Source: an uncultured Chitinophagales bacterium
Lineage (GTDB): Bacteria > Bacteroidota > Bacteroidia > Chitinophagales > BACL12
Reading direction: 5' to 3'
NCBI GenBank assembly: GCA_964463165.1
Contig: CAYXBK010000017.1
Location: 11,569-75,568, forward strand
DNA length: 64,000 nucleotides
The position numbers and the translations under genes were made by a program. Positions 56,842-64,000 of this stretch are shown here, piece after piece (the first letter of the stretch is position 1; the number at the start of each line of letters is the position of its first letter). Below the pieces are notes generated by a model. The model did no database searches and was not told the DNA's origin. It saw only the letters and a list, made by a program, of their open reading frames with translations.

Positions 56842-59040
56842 ATGAGAAATCTATACAAGTCTTTCGTTTTGTCGCTCATGATGGCAGCGGCTCTAAGTGG
56901 CTCAGCACAAAGCTGGGGTTTTGGTACACCGGGTAACTGGTTTTGGGATGTTGCAGTGGCCGCAGATGGAAATATCTGGGCTGTAGGTCTCGCGGGTGAA
57001 GACCCTGGCATGTTGGACGTAACCGGAAATTACGTGGTTAAACTAAATTCCGACGGCGAAAAAATATGGGGCTTGACTCCTGCCGGTTTACCATGGGTTT
57101 CATCAACCGCATACAGCGTTATGCCGACTGCAGATGGCGGAGCAGTTGTTTATTGCACGGCAGATCTCGGTTTGCCTTTCGCCTACAAGCTGGATGCAGA
57201 TGGAAATGTGCTGTGGACCACTGATGGTTTATGGATGGGTGAAGCGCTCATTTATGGAGGAACGGCCGCACAACTGAATGACGGACGAATCATCATCGGA
57301 GGCCTTGGTTACCTTGGCTTTTTAGGCACCATTGAAAATAAATTTTATGAACTTGATGCCTCAGGTAACCTCCTGTCATCTTTCTCAACACCTGTAGATA
57401 CTACAGACTGGGGTTTCGGTTATTGGAATTATAAAGAAACCGGCCTGATCGCTACAACCGACGGCGGGTTTGCGTATTCTACAGGAAATGATGTGAACCG
57501 GATTCTCCAAAAATTTAACAGCGACCTTGATGTTGAATGGACCGGCATTTACGATTGGGTGGGCGAATGGGAATATGGATATCAGAACAGTTTAAAACAA
57601 ACTTCCGACGGCGGATACCTTTATTCCGGTTCCGGAACCAATCCGCTTGCTTCATCTTATTTTGGCGTGGTGAGAAAAATTGCGCCTGATGGTTCGCTTG
57701 AATGGGTAAATACATATAATCATGGTTATTTATGGGAAGAAGGTGCCTGGGCTGTTGAGTTGGGTGATAATTCAATCGTATGGACGCAGGACGGAGGTGA
57801 TAACAGCTCGAATGGATGGGTGGTTGATAATACCGGAACAGAGATCGGATCTGAATTTATCCCTATCGTAAATTGTAATTGGGGTTTCGGTGAAAACGGC
57901 ATGGAAGTTTTTGATGTTGAAAATACGCCAGACGGTGGTTACCTGATCGCAGGCCGCCAATGGCTGGAAGATTGCAATCAGCGGTCAACCATTTTAAAAT
58001 CCAATCCTGACGGATCATTTGACCCTTGTATTTTCAACTGCGTTTGGCCGGGCGATGCAAACAATGATGGCCTTGCCGATGCATCCGATTTATTTGAAAT
58101 CGGAATTAATTACGGCGCTTCAGGTTTTTCAAGAGATGATATGAGTATCGATTGGTCGGGTAAATTATCACGTGCCTGGATGGAACCCGATTCATTATAC
58201 TGGTATATATTCAATGATTTAAAATGGACAGATTGCAACGGCGACGGAACAATCAATGCAGACGACACAACAGCGGTTTCGCTGAATTTCGGATTGGACC
58301 ATCCGATCAATGATTTAAAAACATCCGCTGGTGACGTGCCTCTTTATTTTGCGCCGGAAGATGCCGTATTACATGTAGGATTAAATACAATTCCGATTAT
58401 GTTGGGAGATGATATGAATCCCGTTGATGAAATTTATGGATTAAGTTTTACAATTGAATTGAGCGGTTCTGAAAATATTGATGCGAATTCTCTGAAAGTA
58501 AATTTCAATGATTCATGGTTGAGCACATCTGCAACAAGACTGAGTATTTCTAAAACAGATGCCGATAATTTAAAAGTATATGCAGGTGTCGTAAGAAACG
58601 ATCGTGCAAATGTTGGCGGCAGCGGTGAAATCGGAACATTAAGTATCGTTGTGATCGACAATATCACAGGTAAAACTGAATCAGAAGATGCAACACTTTC
58701 ATTTGTTGAAAGCAATGCAATTAAAATCAATCGCGAAGAAATATCGGTTGAAACATCGGGTGTTACTTTCCCGGTTGAAAGTTCAGAAGATATTCTGGAT
58801 CCGTCTTATTACGGTTTGCATATGTATCCGAACCCTGCAAGCGATATATTATATGTAGATAATTTATCCGGAATTGCAATTGATGTTTTTGAAATCAGTG
58901 ATCTTGCCGGACGTATTATTTATTCAGGAAACTTAAACACAGGAAATTCTATCGATCTCTCTCAGATCGAAGCTGGAAATTATCTGATCAAAGTGATCAG
59001 CGGAGAAAAGATAATTACCGATAAACTTACAGTTCTCTAG
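56842..59040 (+). CDS. secreted repeat protein with dockerin-like Ca loops, cohesin-like module and T9SS C-terminal domain
   Basis: Signal peptide and repeated xDGG(Y/F/A) beta-propeller-like units. Then DANNDGLADASD and DCNGDGTINADD loops, a cohesin-like LYFAPEDAVLHVGLNTIPIMLG...IYGLSFTIEL, and a CTD (MYPNPASDILYV...GNYLIKV). Confidence 0.65.
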   Translation: MRNLYKSFVLSLMMAAALSGSAQSWGFGTPGNWFWDVAVAADGNIWAVGLAGEDPGMLDVTGNYVVKLNSDGEKIWGLTPAGLPWVSSTAYSVMPTADGGAVVYCTADLGLPFAYKLDADGNVLWTTDGLWMGEALIYGGTAAQLNDGRIIIGGLGYLGFLGTIENKFYELDASGNLLSSFSTPVDTTDWGFGYWNYKETGLIATTDGGFAYSTGNDVNRILQKFNSDLDVEWTGIYDWVGEWEYGYQNSLKQTSDGGYLYSGSGTNPLASSYFGVVRKIAPDGSLEWVNTYNHGYLWEEGAWAVELGDNSIVWTQDGGDNSSNGWVVDNTGTEIGSEFIPIVNCNWGFGENGMEVFDVENTPDGGYLIAGRQWLEDCNQRSTILKSNPDGSFDPCIFNCVWPGDANNDGLADASDLFEIGINYGASGFSRDDMSIDWSGKLSRAWMEPDSLYWYIFNDLKWTDCNGDGTINADDTTAVSLNFGLDHPINDLKTSAGDVPLYFAPEDAVLHVGLNTIPIMLGDDMNPVDEIYGLSFTIELSGSENIDANSLKVNFNDSWLSTSATRLSISKTDADNLKVYAGVVRNDRANVGGSGEIGTLSIVVIDNITGKTESEDATLSFVESNAIKINREEISVETSGVTFPVESSEDILDPSYYGLHMYPNPASDILYVDNLSGIAIDVFEISDLAGRIIYSGNLNTGNSIDLSQIEAGNYLIKVISGEKIITDKLTVL

Positions 59041-59066
59041 ATGTTTGAATTGTAGATCAGAGTCGC

Positions 59067-59100
59067 AAAACCGCATCAGCTCCTCGATGCGGTTTTTTTT
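59067..59100 (+). terminator. intrinsic terminator of 56842..59040
   Basis: AAAACCGCATC-agctcctc-GATGCGG followed by T8. Confidence 0.75.
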
Positions 59101-59350
59101 ATGAAATTATCTCTCCGATAAAATTGATTAATATCATCACAATTCCGCTAAATGCCCGTTTTAAATAAGCCTATACTACAGAATATCAATAAGTTATGAA
59201 AATATATGCCGGTAAAAGCTTCCAATAAATGCAAATATTTGTCTTTTCCTGATTCATCTTATCATCACATCTTTACATTCGTTAATTGTTGATAAGGGTT
59301 AACAAAAACAATTAAGTGTAGTTTCTTCTTAGTTCTCATATTAGAGTCGC

Positions 59351-59385
59351 TAAACCGCATCAGCTCCTCGATGCGGTTTTTTTTT
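59351..59385 (+). terminator. second copy of the same terminator hairpin (orphan, plus orientation)
   Basis: TAAACCGCATCAGCTCCTCGATGCGGTTTTTTTTT. The hairpin is identical to 59071-59092, but no plus-strand gene ends in front of it. Confidence 0.5.
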
Positions 59386-59398
59386 GCCTTCAATTTTA

Positions 59399-60307
59399 TT
59401 ATTCCGCTCCGCCGGCTTCCGCATTGTTGCCATTTATATTCCCATGCACTGAAATGAATTTCCATCCTTCAGGCAATTCACATTGCACCTTGCTTTTTGT
59501 TCCTGCAATACGCAATTTCAGATTTTCATTTTGCAGATTCACTGTTCCGTCTGTATGCCCTTTATCTTTTACGGCAACTGATTTTGTGATGTCCCATTTT
59601 CCGCTCGCAGATAAAAATGATTTGATAATTGTATTGCACGCATCATTTTCAGTGCCCATGGAAATAAACATGTTTTTATACTCCTGTTTCCATGCAGGCA
59701 TATAGGGAACACCATAATATTTATTTTTTTTATCAGGACAAGGTTCTGTTCCGCAACAGGGTTCATTACATAATGCCCCGATCGAATCGTTGATATGGAT
59801 CCAAATTTTTTCATCCGGTTTTAACGGATACTGAAATGCGGTATAAAATGCATCAATAAATTCTTCATTGATATGATCATTGTGATAATGCGGAACGATA
59901 AATTGCAGGACAGCCGAATCCCTTGATATTCCAAAAATATTCCTGATCACCGAATCAATCGGTTTTACATCTTCTGTAGCAGGCCCCGTTCCGTAAAAAT
60001 TTTCACCGAGATAATAATTATTATCATTACACGCATCTTCGCATGGCTTCGTAAAATCTCCATACCCCGATCCAAACAACCAGACAGTATCCCCCAAACC
60101 CTTAATTATATAAATATTTGAAGTTGTCCACGGTTTATCGTTTGCATAAATGAGACTATGCATTACATATACATTTCCTTCAACAACCGCTTCGAGCCCG
60201 TCGGCAAGTGGTTCGGTTGAGCCTTTTTGTTTATGACATGCCGCAGAAAAAATGCAAAGCGCTGCAAAAAAGAATGTTGTCGTTATGTAATTTCCTGTTC
60301 GTTTCAA
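59399..60307 (-). CDS. metallo-beta-lactamase-fold lipoprotein
   Basis: HxHxDH motif in VPHYHNDHINEEF. With TTG 60307 the N-terminus is MKRTGNYITTTFFFAALCIFSAAC, a lipoprotein signal, starting 1 nt after the upstream stop codon. The listed ORF extends to TTG 60364 and overlaps the upstream gene. Confidence 0.6.
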   Translation of the reverse strand: MKRTGNYITTTFFFAALCIFSAACHKQKGSTEPLADGLEAVVEGNVYVMHSLIYANDKPWTTSNIYIIKGLGDTVWLFGSGYGDFTKPCEDACNDNNYYLGENFYGTGPATEDVKPIDSVIRNIFGISRDSAVLQFIVPHYHNDHINEEFIDAFYTAFQYPLKPDEKIWIHINDSIGALCNEPCCGTEPCPDKKNKYYGVPYMPAWKQEYKNMFISMGTENDACNTIIKSFLSASGKWDITKSVAVKDKGHTDGTVNLQNENLKLRIAGTKSKVQCELPEGWKFISVHGNINGNNAEAGGAE

Positions 60308-60308
60308 T

Positions 60309-61007
60309 TTATTCAGAAAATGCCGTGAGCAACATTTTAGATTGCAGTTTTCCCTTATCGTCAAACGATTCCATTTTTACATTGCCGACATTTTTAGCCA
60401 TATACATAATTGAATGGCTCTTTGATTTAAACATCATCGATTTTACTTCGGAATCAGATGAATATTTTACACAATGAAATGTGCCTGCAGGAGTGGTTAT
60501 ATCTTCATAACCTTCAATTTTTCTGTTTGTCATTTTAATCGACATCGTCATCATATTCATACCATTCATTTTCATTGTCATGGTACTTTCCGCATCCGGC
60601 AAAGTTTGTCCCGCTGTAGGATTAGACGGGAATTCCATGTACTCATTCGTCATTTCAATTTCAGCGCCTTCCATTCCGGCCATCTGATCTTTTGGAAACA
60701 TATTGCTCATATCCATATAAAACTTATCGTCGGTACATTTCATTGTAACGCTTCCTTTCGAAAGGGATTTATTCTTATCGTCGAATGTTTCGATATTTAT
60801 TGTTGCCGCAAGCCCGCCATCAATATCATCCACCGAGATCAGCTCGCTTTTGGATTTGGACATGATCTTGTCCTTATCGTTATAATTTGTCATCTCCCAT
60901 TTTGTTCCAACTTTTTGCGGGAAAAACGACTCACATGTATTTCCTGATCTGAAAGAAAACAAAATAAATGCGGCGAGGAGATAGCTGGTGTTTTTTAAGA
61001 TGCGCAT
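60309..61007 (-). CDS. hypothetical secreted methionine-rich protein
   Basis: Signal peptide; Met clusters (MDMSNMF, QMAGMEGAEIEM, STMTMKMNGMNMMTMSIKM, SMMFKS); no family recognised. Confidence 0.5.
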   Translation of the reverse strand: MRILKNTSYLLAAFILFSFRSGNTCESFFPQKVGTKWEMTNYNDKDKIMSKSKSELISVDDIDGGLAATINIETFDDKNKSLSKGSVTMKCTDDKFYMDMSNMFPKDQMAGMEGAEIEMTNEYMEFPSNPTAGQTLPDAESTMTMKMNGMNMMTMSIKMTNRKIEGYEDITTPAGTFHCVKYSSDSEVKSMMFKSKSHSIMYMAKNVGNVKMESFDDKGKLQSKMLLTAFSE

Positions 61008-61074
61008 AGATGTAAATTTTAGAAGTCAAATCTAATATATTCCCGCCACAGGTTTTATGATTTTCGCCGTCGGG

Positions 61075-64000
61075 TTAGTTGGATATCGAGCCCTGCTCTG
61101 TATTTATATCCGTATAAATCTTTTCGAGCAGCCTTTTTGCATGGTCCATATTCTGAACATGTTCGAAAACAAGAATTAAATGTTTGTCGGTTTGCTTGAT
61201 AATGCCTGTTGATTTTTTATCGGCGATATACTGCACGATTTTCTGAAAGAATTTACTGTCATAAAACACACTCTCGGGATTATCGACAAAAAAGCAGCGC
61301 AGTTTTTTATTTTTAAAAATTATTCTTTCAAAGCCGAGGTCTTTCGCCACCCATCGCAGACGCAATCCATTAAATAATTCTTCCGCCTGTTTCGGAATTT
61401 TTCCAAACCGGTCGACGAGCTCGTTTTTAAAGGCAGAAAGTTGTTCTTCATTTTCAACATTATCAAGACGTGTATAAATACTCATCCGTTCACTGATATT
61501 GCTGATATATTCATCCGGAATCAGCATTTCAAGATCCGTATCAATCTGCACATCTTTTACAAATTCCTGTTTTTCTTCAATCTGTTCTGCGTAGAGCGCT
61601 TTGAATTGCGTATGCTTTAATTCACGCACAGCTTCATCCAGAATTTTATGAAATGTATCATAACCGATTTCTGCAATAAATCCGCTTTGTTCTGCACCGA
61701 GTAAATTTCCCGCACCGCGGATATCCAGGTCACGCATTGAAATTTGAAACCCGCTTCCCAGTTCGGCAAACTGCTCGATGGTGCGCAGGCGTTTCCTCGC
61801 ATCATCGGGCAGTGCATGCAAAGGTGGGGTGATCAAATAACAATAAGCTTTTTTATTGCTGCGTCCTACACGGCCACGCAGCTGATGCAGATCACTTAAA
61901 CCGAACCAATGTGCATTGTTGATGATGATGGTGTTTGCATTGGGTATATCGAGTCCGCTTTCAACAATATTTGTGCAGACTAATACATCATATTCTTTAT
62001 TAATAAATTTCAGCATATGGTCCTCCAGTTCATCTCCTTCCAACTGACCATGTGCAACACCGATATTTAAATCGGGGCAAATCTTTTTAATAAATGCCGC
62101 TGTTTCAAAAATATCCCTCACCCGGTTGTGAATAAAATAAACCTGGCCTCCGCGATAAATTTCAAAATAAATTGCATCGCGGATAAAATCGGCGTCAAAG
62201 GTTTTTAATTCCGTTTGAATGGGTTGCCTGTTAGGCGGTGCGGTATTAATAATGGAAAGATCTCTTGCTCCCATCATTGAAAATTGAAGCGTTCGCGGAA
62301 TTGGTGTTGCCGTTAATGTGAGCGTATCGATATTCGACCTGAATTCACGTAATTTTTCTTTTACCGTTACGCCGAATTTTTGTTCTTCATCAACAATTAA
62401 TAATCCGAGATCTTTGAATTTTACTTTTTTACCGATGATGGCGTGCGTGCCGATGAGAATATCAATTTTTCCTTCCGCAAGTTTTTCGTAAGTGATCTTT
62501 TTTTCCCTATCGGATTTAAACCTGTTTACATAGTCAACAGTAACAGGAAATTCCTTTAGCCTGTCTGTAAATGTTTTATAATGTTGCAGCGCAAGAATGG
62601 TTGTCGGCACCAAAACGGCAACCTGTTTCCCGTCAACGGCCGCTTTAAATGCGGCACGAATTGCAATTTCCGTTTTCCCGAATCCCACATCACCACACAC
62701 CAGCCTGTCCATAGGAAACGAACGCTCCATATCTTTTTTTACATCCTGTGTTGCCTTCAGCTGATCAGGTGTATCTTCATAAATAAAACTCGCTTCGAGT
62801 TCATTTTGCAGATAGCCGTCGGCAGAAAATTTAAATCCTTTACTCGCTTTTCGTTTTGCATACAGCGCAATTAATTCTTTGGCGATATCTTTTACTTTCG
62901 CTTTTGTTTTTCTTTTCAGTTGTTCCCACGCATCGCCGCCCAGCTTATTTAATTTCGGCTCTGCACCATCCTTACCGGAATACTTCGAAATTTTATGAAG
63001 TGAATTAATGTTTACATACAATAAATCTTTATTCTGATAAATCAACCGCACTGCTTCCTGCACCTGGCCGTTGATCTCAATTTTTTCCAGTCCGGAATAA
63101 ATTCCCACGCCGTGGTCGATATGCGTAACATAATCTCCCGGCTGCAACTCCATTAATATTTTTAAAGTAACCGCATCATTTTTCGAATAACCGGATTTTA
63201 AAGTGTATTTATGATAGCGTTCAAATATCTGATGATCGGTATAGCACAATATTTTCTGATCGTGATCAATAAATCCATTGGCAATCGGATGTGCAATGGA
63301 TGTGTATTTGAATTTTGCATCGAGATCGTGAAATATCTGTTCAAACCTGTCGGCTTGTTTTTGATTGCATGTAAATAAAAATAATTCGTAATTGTTTTTA
63401 CTATGTTGTGTTAAATTGGTAATCAGCAATTCAAAATTCCGGTTGAATAATGGCTGTGGTGCGGCGTCAAAAATGATCTCTTCGGAGTTTTCAATAGTTG
63501 AATGTAATCCGAATTCGAGAATTTTAAATTCTGCTGTCTGTTTTAATAATACAGACGAGTCTATCAGCATTTCATCCGGAGCATGTTCTTTAAATGGATG
63601 CTCGTCGGGTAACACATCCGAACGCTTATCTTTTATTTTTTCATTCGACGCATATTGATACCATTCAATTGCTTTTTCATACGACTGGTTAATTACTTCA
63701 AAAGCATATTTCGCATCTTTAAACCAGATGATTGTGTTTGTTTGAAGCGATGTAAGCAGCGATGCCTTTTGTTCTTCTCCGAATTGCGTTTGAATATTCG
63801 GGATGATGGTAATTTGCGAAATTGATTTCTGAGAGATCTGTGAGCCGGGCTCGAATACACGGATACTTTCCACTTCATCGTCATTCAATTCAACCCGATA
63901 CGGCAAATCATTCCCAAAAGAAAAAATATCGATAATTCCTCCCCGCACCGAAAATTGTCCGGGTTCATAAACAAAATCAGTTCTTTCAAAACCATGTTCA
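61075..64000 (-). CDS. mfd: transcription-repair coupling factor (N-terminus beyond the right window edge)
   Basis: Walker A GDVGFGKTEIAIRAA, DEEQ box LLIVDEEQKFG, helicase C and TRG motifs, CarD-like domain (GDYVTHIDHGVGIY). The frame stays open past the listed ATG 63948 to the window end (…FVYEPGQFSVRGGIIDIFS). Confidence 0.9.
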   Translation of the reverse strand, partial: EHGFERTDFVYEPGQFSVRGGIIDIFSFGNDLPYRVELNDDEVESIRVFEPGSQISQKSISQITIIPNIQTQFGEEQKASLLTSLQTNTIIWFKDAKYAFEVINQSYEKAIEWYQYASNEKIKDKRSDVLPDEHPFKEHAPDEMLIDSSVLLKQTAEFKILEFGLHSTIENSEEIIFDAAPQPLFNRNFELLITNLTQHSKNNYELFLFTCNQKQADRFEQIFHDLDAKFKYTSIAHPIANGFIDHDQKILCYTDHQIFERYHKYTLKSGYSKNDAVTLKILMELQPGDYVTHIDHGVGIYSGLEKIEINGQVQEAVRLIYQNKDLLYVNINSLHKISKYSGKDGAEPKLNKLGGDAWEQLKRKTKAKVKDIAKELIALYAKRKASKGFKFSADGYLQNELEASFIYEDTPDQLKATQDVKKDMERSFPMDRLVCGDVGFGKTEIAIRAAFKAAVDGKQVAVLVPTTILALQHYKTFTDRLKEFPVTVDYVNRFKSDREKKITYEKLAEGKIDILIGTHAIIGKKVKFKDLGLLIVDEEQKFGVTVKEKLREFRSNIDTLTLTATPIPRTLQFSMMGARDLSIINTAPPNRQPIQTELKTFDADFIRDAIYFEIYRGGQVYFIHNRVRDIFETAAFIKKICPDLNIGVAHGQLEGDELEDHMLKFINKEYDVLVCTNIVESGLDIPNANTIIINNAHWFGLSDLHQLRGRVGRSNKKAYCYLITPPLHALPDDARKRLRTIEQFAELGSGFQISMRDLDIRGAGNLLGAEQSGFIAEIGYDTFHKILDEAVRELKHTQFKALYAEQIEEKQEFVKDVQIDTDLEMLIPDEYISNISERMSIYTRLDNVENEEQLSAFKNELVDRFGKIPKQAEELFNGLRLRWVAKDLGFERIIFKNKKLRCFFVDNPESVFYDSKFFQKIVQYIADKKSTGIIKQTDKHLILVFEHVQNMDHAKRLLEKIYTDINTEQGSISN

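Noticed and set aside
1-64000. Prophage, integrative element, transposon or IS
   Set aside because: No integrase, transposase, recombinase, phage structural genes or tRNA attachment site were recognisable in any frame. No tRNA-like or rRNA-like sequence was noticed in the intergenic regions, though this was a by-eye search only.

Overview
This 64-kb chromosomal segment looks like phylum Bacteroidota. Evidence: five predicted secreted proteins end in T9SS-type C-terminal sorting domains, there is a stand-alone GldM C-terminal-domain protein, and a hybrid two-component sensor carries propeller/Y_Y_Y input and AraC output. There is also a ~290-aa primary sigma factor and TAnnTTTG -7 boxes in front of several genes. 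I call about 56 CDS. By eye I saw no rRNA, tRNA, CRISPR array, transposase, integrase or phage genes. Most genes are housekeeping: nadB, rpoD, nrdJ, rsgA, dtd, gcvT, lpxD, rnhB, mfd, plus ECF sigma/anti-sigma, O-antigen ligase + GT2, ABC-2 exporter and MFS transporters. Candidates worth follow-up are listed here. (1) A divergent locus at 18.5-24.8 kb has a small Cys-rich HYC_CC_PP-like membrane protein, a TonB-dependent receptor and a periplasmic HMA protein facing an MbnP-like lipoprotein plus two di-haem MauG/MbnH-type peroxidases. I read it as a probable copper (thiophilic metal) acquisition system that, as far as I know, is uncharacterised in this phylum. (2) Two tandem ~1035-aa FG-GAP/T9SS adhesin paralogues share an internal 996-nt block that is identical apart from one synonymous difference I could find, while their flanks have diverged (gene conversion). 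(3) A DUF4242 + degenerate cyclase-like + AraC regulator sits next to a secreted DUF4242 paralogue. (4) The ~660-bp nrdJ leader/intergenic region contains a terminator-like hairpin upstream of the ATG. (5) There are three distinct families of intergenic repeats: GC-rich hairpins, ~195-nt multi-hairpin composite units, and short tandem 'word' repeats abutting stop codons. (6) A poly-T frameshift removes the conserved C-terminal His motif of a DinB-family gene. All calls rest on reading the supplied ORF translations and the sequence. No database search was run, so family names are recollections of motifs and need HMM confirmation.
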